Assembly: GCA_964016885.1 (NCBI GenBank)
Contig: OZ024741.1
Location: forward strand, 209,932,001 to 209,996,000
DNA length: 64,000 nucleotides
Reading direction: 5' to 3'
Source of the DNA: Eledone cirrhosa
Lineage: Eukaryota
This document shows, one piece after another, positions 1 to 18,772 of this stretch. Made by a program: the position numbers and the translations under genes. Numbering within the stretch: the first letter of the stretch is position 1; each line of letters starts with the position of its first letter. The notes under the pieces are model-generated. The model was given only the letters and a program-made list of their open reading frames with translations, was not told the origin of the DNA and did not search any database.

Positions 1-409
1 CTGAGTTTTTCATCCTCAGTGTATACTCATTAATGTTCAGAGCCATCCTCAGCATTCTCGTGTAGCACCCATCCACCATCTGAGTGAGTTTCTTGGTCAG
101 TGTCCAAGTCTCAGAACCATACAGCAGCACAGACTCCACTACAGCAATGAAGAGGCGGATTTTCAGGTCTCTACGAAGGTCCGACTTCCACACCGATCTC
201 AAGCTGTGGCACGCCGCCCAGGCCTTGCTCTTCCTCTCAACCACATCATCTTCCGTATTCCCAATCTTTGCTCCCAAATACAGGAAGCCCTCAACCAATT
301 CTAGCGGCTTCCCGCTTACATTAGTGATCCCCTCTGGCTTCTCAACATTCTCTACCAGATATTTTGTTTTAGTCTCATTCATTCTCAGCCCCACACTCAT
401 CGACGCAGT
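1..409 (-). mobile_element. RTE-clade LINE reverse transcriptase, C-terminal fragment (runs off the window)
   Basis: Minus strand reads TASMSVGLRMNETKTKYL...GFLYLGAKI...KSKAWAACHSLRSVWKS...LFIAVVESVLLYGSETWTLT...CYTRMLRMAL, typical of the RTE RT thumb region. Confidence 0.85.
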
Positions 410-410
410 G

Positions 411-528
411 GCTCAGAGCAGGAGAGTTAGGGCGAAAAAGGTATCGGATGCTGAATTTGCCGACGACATAGTTTTGGTGACAAATTCAGTGAAGGAGGCA
501 GAGGATTTGATGCGGGAGGTTGAGACTG
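411..528 (+). mobile_element. Inverted 5' piece of the same RTE RT (FADD motif)
   Basis: Plus strand reads ...DAEFADDIVLVTNSVKEAEDLMREVET, which continues directly into TASMSVGL of the minus-strand part. Confidence 0.8.
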
Positions 529-1180
<652 letters not shown>

Positions 1181-1330
1181 GTTTTCCGAGGGGAAAAAGT
1201 TTTGTCGGAGAGGGACAACACGTGGCCTTTGTTGTTTACCTACTGTTGTTTACATACTGTCGTAAACGTTTGGTAGACATATCCAAGGATAAGCGTACTT
1301 AGTACACAGAACGAGTTTATATATCTCATG

Positions 1331-1380
1331 ACAGGTTGAATGAGTTGGGATCCAGAACCCAACGAAACTTAAGTACCTGT
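1331..1380 (+). ncRNA. Type I hammerhead-like motif, degenerate core
   Basis: acagg-TTGAATGA-gttggg..cccaac-GAAA-cttaag-TA-cctgt: stems I and II and a palindromic stem III are intact, the CUGAUGA box is altered. Confidence 0.55.
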
Positions 1381-1424
1381 TTATATAACTGTTGTAATTA
1401 TATATATATACACAGACACAACAA

Positions 1425-1470
<46 letters not shown>

Positions 1471-1538
1471 TCATTTTATTAATATATATATATATCTAAT
1501 TTTATATATATATATATTTAATTATATATATATATATA

Positions 1539-1618
<80 letters not shown>

Positions 1619-1644
1619 ATTATATATATATATATATATATATA

Positions 1645-1972
1645 AGGAAAAAAGCTGAAATCGAAAATGCAACTGGAGTCTTTTTTAAAAAAAGATATAT
1701 ATTTATTTGGTTCCTTTACCGGTTTCGCAGGTCTTCTGCCTTTCAAAAGTAGAGTTGAGATGGAGGGTCTGTGGTTTTTTTCACATCTAGTTGGTCTTTG
1801 AATGTTACTTGTTTTATATGGAAAAAAGTGGCTCTAAATGCCAGGTGTTTAGAGAAGTAATTTGATTGGTTGGTGAATAAGTATAATAAATTTCGCGCCA
1901 GTTCCCACTACAAAGTTCTTCTTTGAAAAACTTTGTAATGCGAACTGGTGAGAAAAAGCACAGACTCTCCAT
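1645..1972 (-). mobile_element. Short repeat in (TA)n with a degenerate HHR (about 1713-1749) and a short inverted arm; second copy at 31025-31200
   Basis: Reverse complement ttgaaag-gcag aagac ctgc-GAAA-ccgg-TA-aagg; 1760-1792 is an imperfect inverted match to 1943-1972. Confidence 0.55.
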
Positions 1973-2123
1973 ATAATTATATATATATAATTATATATAT
2001 ATAATTATATATATATATATATATATATTCATTTTATTAAGACTAAATAGTGAGTCTTGTCACTCCGGAGTTTCGTCTGTTTATCACACGTCATCAGACA
2101 CATAAGTGTATGTATAGGGTGTA

Positions 2124-2630
2124 TATAATGCTCAGTATTTATACGTTGAGCTTGTTAATTACAGGGTATCAATATGAGTTAGTAACTCTGTATTTTATTT
2201 GTATTTCGGCTCCCTAACTAGGTGAGCTTATAAGTTGGGTGCATTAAGGCTATTATTTTTAGCATATCCACTCACACCACTTCTAACGTCCAGCGCAGGA
2301 GGTGAGATATTCATTCGTGTGGATTTTATTTGTATATGTATACGGATTATCTGTTACAAACACAATTTTCAGGGCGAAACAGATTAAATCTCTAATCTGT
2401 CCGAGAGATGAAATAGTTATTGAGACGGTCTGTATATATATTATATATCTTCCGTTTGCTTCAGGTTAAATTTATCAAACCAATGTGGTACTTCTAACCC
2501 TAGTAATTTTAGTCACACAATTTACTGTGTTTATTTCTACATATATTATATAATGCTCAGTATTTATACTTTGAGCTTGTTAATTACAGGGTATTAATAT
2601 GAGGTAGTAACTCTATATTTTATTTGTATA
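2124..2630 (+). mobile_element. ~426-bp-unit non-coding repeat (unit plus ~80-bp terminal direct repeat); related to 46285-46610
   Basis: tataatgctcagtatttatac...ttttatttgtat occurs at ~2124 and ~2550; 3' half of an HHR (gggc-GAAA-cagatta..taatctg-TC-cgagaga) at ~2372-2408. Confidence 0.6.
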
Positions 2631-2715
2631 GCGTATATATAGATTTTATATATATAGTGTACATATAGAGCTTATATAGTGTATATATGATGTATATGTA
2701 GTGTGCATATGGCGT

Positions 2716-2804
<89 letters not shown>

Positions 2805-3204
2805 TAGAACGTCTGGCAGGGTGTCTTGCGGCATTTGATCCAGCTCCACACGATATAAGATGAAACCTCGGCATGGTCAATTCCACATTTAATCCTATAA
2901 AATAAAGAACCAACATAATATAATGGATTGATAGGGTTGTTACGGTGGTTCTTTCTATTCTTATTTGTTGGCTGTTAAACATAAAATATAGCTCAGTTTA
3001 ACACAACCACCTAAGTCTTGGGTTCCTTTAGTGATGGTCACTCTATTGCAAAAACTATTGGGTGAGGTCTTTCTGGTTTGAAAATAACTCCCTTTTGCCT
3101 GTCACCTGTTGCGCTGGAGATCCTGATACAATAGGAGGCCAAAGCTGTTGCCTCTTACGAAGTGGGAGACCTCTTTAATGACAACTTTTATAACTTGATT
3201 CAAC

Positions 3205-3680
3205 AGCGAATTGGCAGAGTTGTTAGAGCGTCGAATTAATTACCTCGGTGTTTCTTTACTCTCTCTGTGTTTTGAGTTCAAATCTCGCCGTAATCAACCT
3301 TGTCATTTAACCCTTTCGGGGCACTGATCTGGCAACATTGTTAAAGTGTCGGATGGGCTGTTTGATAGTATCTGGCAAACTATTATGAGTTTTGATTTCA
3401 AATCCCACCGGGGTCGAGAAATAAAGTACCAGCATAGGGCCATTGGACTGGCAAAATTGTAAAAGTGTTTGCCGGGGTCAGTGGCTGGCAGTATCTAATC
3501 AGGTGTTATGAGTTTTTATATCAAATCCAACCGAAGTCCACTTTATCAATCATTCATTCAGGATCGATAAATAAACAACATTCCGGAAGACGTGTTTGAT
3601 TGACGAAATTGATGGGACTAGCAGCAGTGTGTGATCAAGGTGGGGACATTCTGAGTTCAAATCCCGGTTCCTTCTGACAA
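3205..3680 (+). mobile_element. Cluster of degenerate tRNA-derived SINE heads
   Basis: Repeated tggcag...gttag A-box-like and gagttcaaatc/gatttcaaatcc B-box-like motifs, and ggggtcgagaaataaagtaccag as in the SINE at 23520. Confidence 0.6.
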
Positions 3681-3800
3681 GAGATGAGATCGGCAGATAG
3701 TATCAGCAATGGAAAGAGAAATGGAAACGTTGTTACCTTAGTTCGAACTGATGACCACATCCGTTCCTTCTTATCACAACACGTCAAAGGTAAATATGAT

Positions 3801-6800
3801 CACAATACTACCACAATACCACAATACCACCACAATACCACCACAATACGACAATACCACCACAATACCACAACAATACCACAACAATACCACCACAATA
3901 CCATCACATATCACCAAATACCACCACAATACCTCCACAATACCACCACAATACCACCACAATACCATCATAATACCACCACAATACCACAATACTACCA
4001 CAATACCACCACAATACCATCACAATACCACCACAATATCACCACAATATCACCGCAATACCACAATACCACCACAATACCACAATACCACAAGACCACC
4101 AAAATACCACAATACCATCCCAATACCACAACAATACCACCACAATACCACCACAATACCACAATACACCCAAAATACCACCACAATACCACCACAATAC
4201 CAATACAATACCACCACAATACCATCACAATACCACCACAATATCACCACAATATCACCGCAATACCACAATACCACCACAATACCACCACAATACCACA
4301 ATACAGCCCAAATACCACCACAATACCACCACAATACCAATACAATACCACCACAATACCATCACAATACCACCACAATATCACCACAATATCACCGCAA
4401 TACCACAATACCACCACAAAACCACAATACCACAAGACCACCAAAATACCACAATACCACCACAATACCACCACGATACCACCACAATACCAAAATAAAC
4501 CCAAAATACCACCACAATACCACCACAATACCAATACAATACCACCACAATGCCACCACAATACCACCGCAATACCACAATATCACCACAATACCACCAC
4601 AATACCACCACAATACCACCACAATACCACCACAATACCACGATACCACCACAATACCACCACAATACCACAATACCACCACAATAACACCACAATACAA
4701 AGATACCACCACAATACCTCCACAATACCACCACATACCATCACAATACCACCACATACCACCACAATACCACCTCAATACCACCACAATACCACAATAC
4801 CACCATAATAGCACCACAATACCACCACAATACCACAATACCACAATACCACAATACCACCACGATACAATAATACCAACACAATACCACCACAATACCA
4901 CAATACCACCACAATACCACCACAATACCACCACAATACCACAATAGCACAATACCACCACAATACCACAATATCACCACAATACCACAATACCGCAATA
5001 CCACAATACCACCACAATACCACCACAATACCACCATACCACCACAATACCACAATACCACCACAATACCACCACAATACCACCACACCACCACAATACC
5101 ACAATACCACCACAATACCACAATACCACATACCACCACAATAACACCACAATGCTACCACAATACCACCACAATACCATAATACCACCACAATATTACC
5201 ACAATACCACCACAATAGCACAATACAACCTCAATACCACAATACCACCACAATATTACCACAATACCACCACAATACCACAATACCACCACAATACCAC
5301 AATACCACCGCAATACCACAATACCACAATACCACCACAATACCACAATACCACAATACTACCACAATACCACCACAATACCACAATACTACCACAATAC
5401 CAACTCAATACCACAATACCACCATAATATTACGACAATACCACCACAATACAACAATACCACCACACTATCACCACAATATCACCACAATACCACAATA
5501 CCACCACAATACCACAATACCACAATACCACCAAAATACCACAATACCACCACAATACCACCACAATACCACAATACCACAATACCACCACAATACCACA
5601 ATACCACCACAATACCACAATACCACCACAATACCACCACAATATCACAATACCACAATACCACCACAATACCATTACAATACCACCACAATACCACCAC
5701 AATACCACAATACCACCACAATACCGCTACAATACCACAAAACCATCACAATACCACCACAATACCACCACAATACCACCACAATACCAAAATACTACCA
5801 CAATACCACCACAATACCACCACAATACCAAAATACTACCACAATACCACTTCAATACCACAATACCACCACAAAAACACAACAATATCACCACAATATC
5901 ACCACAATACCACAATACCACAAGACCACCAAAATATCACAATACCACCACAATACCACCACAATACCACCACAATACAACAATACCACAACAATACTAC
6001 CACAATACCACAATACCACCACAATACCACCACAATACCACCACAATACCACAATACCGCAATACCACCACAAAACCACGATACACAATACCACAATACC
6101 ACCACAATACCACCACAATACCACCATACCAGCACAATACCACAATACTACAATACCACCACAATACCACAATACCACAATACCACCACATACCACCACA
6201 ATTCCACCACAATTCTACCACAATACCACCACAATACCACAATACCACCTCAATACCACAATACCACCACAATATTACCACAATACCATCACAATACCAC
6301 AATACCACCACAATACCACAATACCACCACAATACCACAATACCACAATACCACCACAATACCACAATACCACAATACTACCACAATACCACCACAATAA
6401 CACAATACTACCACAATACCACCTCAATACCACAATACCACCACAATATTACCACAATACCACCACAATACCACAATACCACCACAATACCACCTCTATA
6501 TCACCACAATATCACCACAATACCTCAATACCACAATACCACCACAATAACACAATACTACCACAATACCACCTCAATACCACAATACCACTACAATATT
6601 ACCACAATACCACCACAATACCACAATACCACCACAATACCACCACACTATCACCACAGCATCACTACAATACCACAATACCACAATACCACCACAATAC
6701 CACAATACCACCACAATACCACCACAATACCACCACAATACCACAATACCACCACCATACCACCAGACCATAATACCACCACAATGCCGCCATAATACCA

Positions 6801-9800
6801 CAAAACCATCACAATACCAACACAATACCACAATACCATCACAATACCACCATAAAACCACCACTATATCACCACAATACCACAATATCACCACAATACC
6901 ACCACAATACCACCACAATACCACCATAATACCACCAAAATACCACGACAATACCACCACATACCACCACATACCACCACAATACCACAATACACCACAT
7001 ACCACCACAATACCAGTACAATACCACCACAATAACACCACAATACCACCACAATACCACAATATCACCACATACCACCACACTACCACCACACTACCAC
7101 CAAATACCACAACATACCACCACATACCACAATACCAACACATACCACCACGATACCACCACAATACCACTACAATACCACAATACCACCACAATACCAC
7201 CACAATACCACCACGATACCACAATACTACCACAATACCACTTCAATACCACAATACCACCACAAAACCACCACAATATCACCACCATATCACCACAATA
7301 CCACAATACCACAAGCCCACCAAAATATCACAATACCACCACAATACCAACACAATACCACCACAATACAACAATACTACCACAATACCACAATACCATC
7401 ACAATACCACCACACTACCACCACAATACCACAATACCACAATACCACCACAATACCACAATACCACCACAATACCACAATACCACAATACTACCACAAT
7501 ACAACCACAATAACACAATACTACCACAATACCACCTCAATACCACAATACAACCACAATATTACCACAATACCACCACAATACCACAATACGACCACAA
7601 TACCACCACAATATCACCACAATATCACCACCTTACCACAATAACACCACAATACCACAATACCACAAGACTACCAAAATACCACAATACCACCACAATA
7701 CCACCACAATACCACCGCAATACCACAATACCGCCACAATACCACAATACCACCACAATACCACAATACCACCACAATAGCACAATACCACAATACCACC
7801 ACAATACCACCACAATACCACCATAATACCACCACAATACCACAATACCACCACAATACCACCAGACCACAATACCATCACAATACCGCTACAAAACCAC
7901 AAAACCATCATATTACCAATACAATACCAAAATACCATCAGAGTACCACCACAATTCCACCACAATATCACCACAATACCACAATACCACCACAATACCA
8001 CAATACCACCACAATACCACCACAATATCACCACAATACCACAATACTACCACAATACCACATCAATACCACAATACCACCACACTACCACCACAATATC
8101 ACCACAATACCACAATACCACCACAGTACCACAAAACCACAAGACCACCAAAATATCACAATACCACCACAGTAACACCACAATACCACCACAATACCAC
8201 CACAATACAACAATACCACCACAATACCACCCCAATACCACCACAATACCACAATACCACAATACCACAATACTACCACAATACCACCACAATACCACAA
8301 TACCACAATACCACCACAATACCACCACAATACCACCATACCACCACAATACCACAATACCACCACAATACCACCACAATACCACCACAATACCACCACA
8401 ATACCACAATACCACCACAATACCACCACAATACCACCAAAATACCACCACACTACCACAATACCATCACAATACCACCACAATACCACAATACCACAAT
8501 ACCACAATACCACCATAATACCACCACAATACCACAATACCACCATATACCACCACAATACCACCACCATACCACCACATACCACAATACCACCACAATA
8601 CCACCACAATACCACAATACCACCACAATACCACCACAATACCACCACAATGCCACCACCCTACCACAATACCATCACAATACCACCACAATACCACCAC
8701 AATATCACAATACTACAACAATACCACAACAATACTACCACAATACCACAATACCACCACAATACCACCACAATACCACCACAATACCACAATACCACAA
8801 TACCACCACAATACCACAATACCACCACGATACACAATACCACAATACCACCACAATACCACCATACCAGCACAATACCACAATACCACAATACCACAAT
8901 ACCACAATACCACCACATACCACCACAATTCCACCACAATGCTACCACAATACCACCACAATACCACCACAATACCACCACAATACCACAATACTACCAC
9001 AATATTACCACAATACCATCACAATACCACAATACCACCACAATACCACAATACCACCACAATACCACAATACCACCTCAATACCACAATACCACCACAA
9101 TATTACCACAATACCATCACAATACCACAATACCACCACAATACCACAATACCACCACAATACCACAATACCACAATACCACCACCATACCACAATACCA
9201 CAATACTACCACAATACCACCACAATAACACAATACTACCACAATAACACCTCAATACCACAATACCACCACAATATTACCACAATACCACCACAATACC
9301 ACAATACCACCACAATACCACCACTATATCACCACAATATCACCACAATACCACAATAACACCACAATACCACAATACCACAAGACCACCAAAATACCAC
9401 AATACCACCACAATACCACCACAATACCACCACAATACCACAATACCACAATACCACCACAATACCACAATACCACAATACCACCACAATACCACAATAC
9501 CACAATACCACAATTCCACCACAATACCACCACATTACCACCACAATACCACCACAATACCACAGTACCACCACGATACCACCAGACAACAATACCATCA
9601 CAATACCGCTACAATACCACAAAACCATCATATTACCAATACAATACCAAAATACCATCACAGTACCACCACAATATCACCACAATATCACCACAATACC
9701 ACAATACCACCACAGTACCACAAAACCACAAGACCACCAAAACATCACAATACCACCACAATACCACAATACCACCACAATACCACAATACCACCACAAT

Positions 9801-12800
9801 ACCACAATATCACAATACCACCACAATACCACCACAATACCACCATACCACCACAATACCACAATACCACCACAATACCACAATACCACCATAATACCAC
9901 CACAATACCACAATACCACAATACCACCACATACAACCACAATACCACCACAATGCTACCACAATACCACCACAATACCATAATACCACAACAATATTAC
10001 AACAATACCACCACAATACCACAATACCACCTCAATACCACAATACCACCACAATATTACCACAATACCACCCCAATACCACAATACCAACACAATACCA
10101 CAATACCACCACAATTCCACAATACCACAATACCACAATACTACCACAATACAACCACAATACCACCACAATAACACAATACTACCACAATACCACCTCA
10201 ATACCACAATACCACCACCATATTACCACAATACCACCACAATACCACAATACCACCACAATACCACCACAATATCACCACAGTATCACTACAATACCAC
10301 AATACCACCACAATACCACAATACCACCACAATACCACAATACCACCACAATACCACCACAATACCACCACAATACCACAATACCACCACAATACCACCA
10401 GACCATAATACCACCACAATGCCGCCACAATACCACAAAACCATCACAATACCAACACAATACCACAATACCATCACAATACCACCACAATACCACCACA
10501 ATATCACCACAATACCACAATATCACCACAATACCACCACAATACCACCACAATACCACCATAATACAACCAAAATACCACGACAATACCACCACATACC
10601 ACCACAAACCACCACAATACCACAATACCACCACATACCACCACAATACCAGTACAATACCACCACAATAACACCACAATACCACCACAATACCACAATA
10701 TCACCACATACCACCACAATACCACCACAGTACCACCAAATACCACCACATACCACCACAATACCACCACAAAAACAACACAATATCACCACCATATCAC
10801 CACAATACCACAATACCGCCACAATACCACAATACCACCACAATACCACAATACCACCACAATACCACAATACCACCACAATACCACCACAATACCACCA
10901 CAATACCACAATACCGCCACAATACCACAATACCACCACAATACCACAATACCACCACAATACCACAATACCACAATACCACCACAATACCACCACAATA
11001 CCACCATAATACCACCACAATACCACAATACCACCACAATACCACCAGACCACAATATCATCACAATACCGCTACAATACCACAAAACCATCATATTACC
11101 AATACAATACCAAAATACCATCAGAGTAACACCACAATTCCACCACAATATCACCACAATACCACAATACCACCACAATACCACAATACTACCACAATAC
11201 CACTTCAATACCACAGTACCACCACACTACCACCACAATATCACCACAATATCACCACAATATCACCACAATACCACAATACCACAAAACCACAAGACCA
11301 CCAAAATATCACAATACCACCACAATAACACCACAATACCACCACAATAACACCACAGTACAACAATACCACCACAATACCACCACAATACCACAATACC
11401 ACCACAATACCACAATACCACCACAATACCACAATACCACAATACCACCACAATACCACCACAATACCACCATACCACTACAATACCACAATACCACCAC
11501 AATACCACCACAATACCACCACAATACCACAATACCACCACAATACCACCACAATACTACCAAAACACCACCACACTACCACAATACCATCACAATACCA
11601 CCACAATACCACAATACCACAATACCACCACAATACCACCATAATACCACCACAATACCACAATACCACAATACCACCACAATACCACCACCTTACCACC
11701 ATATACCACAATACCACCACAATACCACCACAATACCACAATACCACCACAATACCACCACAATACCACAATAACACCACAATACCACCACAATACCACC
11801 ACCATACCAAAATACTACCACAATACCACCTCAATACCACAATACCACCACAAAAACACAACAATATCACCACAACATCACCACAATACCACAATACCAC
11901 AAGACCACCAAAATATCACAATAACACCACAATACCACCACAATACCACCACAATACCACCACAATACAACAATACCACAACAATACTACCACAATACCA
12001 CAATACCACCACAATACCACCACAATACCACCACAATACCACAATACCACAATACCACCACAATACCACAATACCACCACAATACACAATACCATAATAC
12101 CACCACAATACCACCACAATACCACCATACCAGCACAATACCACAGTACCACAATACCACCACAATACCACAATACCACAATACCACCACATACCACCAC
12201 AATTCCACCACAATGCTACCACAATATCACCACAATACCATAATACCACCACAATATTACCACAAAACCACCACAATACCACAATACCACCTCAATACAA
12301 CAATACCACCACAATATTACCACAATACCATCACAATACCACAATACCTCCACAATACCACAATACCACCACAATACCACAATACCACAATACCACAATA
12401 CCACCACAATAACACAATACTACCACAATACCACCTCAATACCACAATACCACCACAATATTACCACAATACCACAACAATACCACAATACCACCACAAT
12501 ACCACCACTATATCACCACAATATCACCACAATACCACAATAACACCACAATACCACAATACCACAAGACCACCAAAATACCACAATACCACCACAATAC
12601 CACCACAATACCACAATACCACCAGACCACAATAGCATCCCAATACCGCTACAATACCACAAAACCATCATATTACCAATACAATACCAAAATACCATCA
12701 CAGTACCACCACAATATCACCACAATATCACCACAATACCACAATACCACCACAGTACCACAAAACGACAAGACCACAAAAATATCACAAATCCACCACA

Positions 12801-15800
12801 ATACCACAATACCACCACAATACCACAATACCACCACAATACCACAATACCACAATAATACTACCACAATACCACCATACCACCACAATACCACCATACC
12901 ACCACAATACCACAATACCACCACAATACCACAATACCACAATACCACCACATACCACCACAATACCACCACAATGCTACCACAATACCACCACCATACC
13001 ATAATACCACAACAATATTACCACAATACCACCACAATACCACAATACCACAATACCACCACAATATTACCACAATACCACCCCAATACCACAATACCAA
13101 CACAATACCACAATACTACAATACCACCACAATACCACAATACCACAATACCACAATACTACCACAATACCACCACAATAACACAATACTACCACAATAC
13201 CACCTCAATACCACAACACCACCACAATATTACCACAATACCACCACAATACCACAATACCACCACAATACCAGCACAATATCACCACAGTATCACTACA
13301 ATACCACAATACCACCACAATACCACAATACCACCACAATAACACAATACCACCACAATACCACCACAATACCACCACAATACCACAATACCACCACAAT
13401 ACCACCAGACCATAATACCACCACAATGCCGCCACAATACCACAAAACCATCACAATACCAACACAATACCACCATACCATCACAATACCACCACAATAC
13501 CACCACAATATCACCACAATACCACAATATCACCACAATACCACCACAATACCACCACAATACCACCATAATACCACCAAAATACCACGACAATACCACC
13601 ACATACCACCACATACCACCACAATACCACAATACCACCACATACCACCACAATACCAGTACAATATCACCAAAATAACACCACAATACCACCACAATAG
13701 AACAATATCACCACATACCACCACAATACCACCACACTACCACCAAATACCACCACATACCACCACATACCACAATACCAACACATACCACCACGATACC
13801 ACCACAATACCACTACAATACCACAATACCACCACAATGCTACCACAATATCACCACAATATCACCACAATACCACAATACCACAAGACCACCTAAATAC
13901 CACAATACCACCACAATACCACCACAATACCACCACAATACCACCACAATACCACCACAATAACACCACAATACCACAATACCACCACAATACCACCACA
14001 ATACCACCACAATACCACCAAAATGCCATCACACTACCACATTACTATCACAATACAACCACAATACCACAATACCACGATACCACCACAATACCACCAC
14101 AATACCACAATACCACCACAATACCACCACAATACCACAATACCACCAGAATACCACCACAATGCCACCACCCTACCACAATACCATCACAATACGACCA
14201 CATACCACCACAATATCACAATACTACCACAATACCACCACAATACCACAATACTACCACAATACTACCACAATACCACTTCAATACAACAATATCACCA
14301 TAATACCACCAAAATATCACCACAATATCACCACAATACCACAATACCACCACAATACCACAATACCACAAGACCACCAAAATATCACAATACCACCACA
14401 ATACCACCACAATATCACCACAATACCACAATACCACCACAATACCACCACAATACCACCACAATACCATCACAATACCACCACAATACCACGATACCAC
14501 AATTCCACAATACCACCACAATAACACCACAATACCACAATACCACCCCAATACCACCACAATACCAACACAATACCACCAAAATACCATCATAATACCA
14601 CCACAATACCACCACAATACCACAATACCACCACAATATCACCACAATACCACAATACCACCACAATACCACAATACCACCACATACCACCACAATACCA
14701 CAATACCACCACAATACCACCACAATACCACAATACCACCACAATACCACCACAATATCACCACAATATCACCACAATACCACAATACCACCACAATACC
14801 ACAATACCACAAGACCACCAAAATACCACAATACCACCACAATACCACCACAATACCACGACAATAACACAATACAACCACAATATCACAATACCACCAC
14901 AATACCACCACAATACAACAGTACCACCACAATACCAACACAATACCACAATACTACCACAATACCACCACAATACCACAATACCACCACAATGCCACCA
15001 CAATACCACCACATACCACCACATACCACCACAATACCATAATACCACCACATACCACCACCATACCACCACAATACCACCACAATACCACAATACCACC
15101 ACATACCACCACAATACCACCACAATACCACCACATACCACCAAAATACCACCACAATACTACCACAATACCACCACAATACAACAATACCACCACAACA
15201 TCACTACAATACCATCACAATACCATCACAATACCACAATACCACCACAATACCACCACAATACCACCACAATGCCACCACACTACCACAATACCATCAC
15301 AATACCACCACAATACCACCACAATACCACCACAATACCACCATAATACCACCACAATACCACAATACCACCACATACCACCACAATACCACCGCAACAC
15401 CACCACATACCACCACAATACCACCACAATACCACAATACCACAATACCACCACAATACCACCACAATACCACAATACCACCGCAATACCACCACAATAC
15501 CACCACAATACCACCACAATGCCACCAGACTACCACAATACCATCACAATACCACCACAATACCACAATACCACCACATACCACCACAATACCACAATAT
15601 CACCACAATACCACCACAATACCACCACAATACCACCATAATACCACCAAAATACCACGACAATACCACCACATACCACCACATACCACCACAATACCAC
15701 AATACCACCACATACCACCACAATACCAGTACAATATCACCAAAATAACACCACAATACCACCACAATACCACCACAATACCACCACAATACCACCAAAA

Positions 15801-18190
15801 TGCCACCACACTACCACATTACTATCACAATACAACCACAATACCACAATACCACGATACCACCACAATACCACCACAATACCACAATACCACCACAATA
15901 CCACCACAATACCACAATACCACCAGAATACCACCACAATGCCACCACCCTACCACAATACCATCACAATACGACCACAATACCACCACAATATCACAAT
16001 ACTACCACAATACCACCACAATACCACAATACTACCACAATACTACCACAATACCACTTCAATACAACAATATCTCCATAATACCACCAAAATATCACCA
16101 CAATATCACCACAATACCACAATACCACCACAATACCACAATACCACAAGACCACCAAAATATCACAATACCACCACAATACCACCACAATATCACCACA
16201 ATACCACAATACCACCACAATACCACCACAATACCACCACAATACCATCACAATACCACCACAATACCACGATACCACAATTCCACAATACCACCACAAT
16301 AACACCACAATACCACAATACCACCCCAATACCACCACAATACCAACACAATACCACCAAAATACCATCATAATACCACCACAATACCACCACAATACCA
16401 CAATACCACCACAATATCACCACAATACCACAATACCACCACAATACCACAATACCACCACATACCACCACAATACCACAATACCACCACAATACCACCA
16501 CAATACCACAATACCACCACAATACCACCACAATATCACCACAATATCACCACAATACCACAATACCACCACAATACCACAATACCACAAGACCACCAAA
16601 ATACCACAATACCACCACAATACCACCACAATACCACGACAATAACACAATACAACCACAATATCACAATACCACCACAATACCACCACAATACAACAGT
16701 ACCACCACAATACCAACACAATACCACAATACTACCACAATACCACCACAATACCACAATACCACCACAATGCCACCACAATACCACCACATACCACCAC
16801 ATACCACCACAATACCACAATACCACCACATACCACCACCATACCACCACAATACCACCACAATACCACAATACCACCACATACCACCACAATACCACCA
16901 CAATACCACCACATACCACCAAAATACCACCACAATACTACCACAATACCACCACAATACCACAATACCACCACAACATCACTACAATACCATCACAATA
17001 CCATCACAATACCACAATACCACCACAATACCACGACAATACCACCACAATGCCACCACACTACCACAATACCATCACAATACCACCACAATACCACCAC
17101 AATACCACCACAATACCACCATAATACCACCACAATACCACAATACCACCACATACCACCACAATACCACAATACCACCACAATACCACCACAATACCAC
17201 AATACCACCACAATACCACCACAATATCACCACAATATCACCACAATACCACAATACCACCACAATACCACAATACCACAAGACCACCAAAATACCACAA
17301 TACCACCACAATACCACCACAATACCACGACAATAACACAATACAACCACAATATCACAATACCACCACAATACCACCACAATACAACAGTACCACCACA
17401 ATACCAACACAATACCACAATACTACCACAATACCACCACAATACCACAATACCACCACAATGCCACCACAATACCACCACATACCACCACATACCACCA
17501 CAATACCACAATACCACCACATACCACCACCATACCACCACAATACCACCACAATACCACAATACCACCACATACCACCACAATACCACCACAATACCAC
17601 CACATACCACCAAAATACCACCACAATACTACCACAATACCACCACAATACCACAATACCACCACAACATCACTACAATACCATCACAATACCATCACAA
17701 TACCACAATACCACCACAATACCACCACAATACCACCACAATGCCACCACACTACCACAATACCATCACAATACCACCACAATACCACCACAATACCACC
17801 ACAATACCACCATAATACCACCACAATACCACAATACCACCACATACCACCACAATACCACCGCAACACCACCACATACCACCACAATACCACCACAATA
17901 CCACAATACCACAATACCACCACAATACCACCACAATACCACAATACCACCGCAATACCACCACAATACCACCACAATACCACCACAATGCCACCAGACT
18001 ACCACAATACCATCACAATACCACCACAATACCACAATACCACCACATACCACCACAATACCACCGCAATACCACCACATACCACCACAATACCACCACA
18101 ATACCACAATACCACAATACCACCACAATACCACAATACCACCGCAATACCACCACAATACCACCACAATGCCACCACAATGCCACCACA
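3801..18190. repeat. Large degenerate satellite of 8-mer CACAATAC and 11-mer CACCACAATAC units (~14.4 kb)
   Basis: Directly visible; internal higher-order duplications at offsets of ~3007, ~1778 and 691 bp. Confidence 0.97.
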
Positions 18191-18331
18191 CGATCACACA
18201 AGTAAATAAATTCATGATCTTCGACTGAGGTTTTTGATCTATATTTTTTCTAACACCTCCGCAACGATATGTTCATACATACATATTTATCCACATATAT
18301 ATATATATATAAAGAGAGAGGACGAGAGAGA

Positions 18332-18407
<76 letters not shown>

Positions 18408-18472
18408 GAGAGAGAGAGAGATAGAGAGATAGAGAGATAGAGAGAGAGAGAATGAGCGAGGGAGAGAAAAAT

Positions 18473-18506
<34 letters not shown>

Positions 18507-18729
18507 CTAGAGATTACTAGACATTTGCTTTGAAGCTAGATAAATTTGATATAAATTTGATATGGAAATACAGTAAATATAAAGGGAGATAATAAGGTGA
18601 CAGCCATGTTTATCAATTTAATGGAATGTGAAAAAAATAAACAAATAAAAAAGAAAAAACGCCATAGAAGACAGGAAAAATATATAATAATTATGAAACT
18701 ATAAATCGTACACACACACATATATATAC

Positions 18730-18772
<43 letters not shown>

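Noticed and set aside
3684-18228. Long PQYHHNTTTI / WWYCGGIVV ORFs resembling mucins or adhesive proteins
   Set aside because: Arise in all frames from 8/11-bp satellite units; no frame preservation, signal peptide or splice evidence
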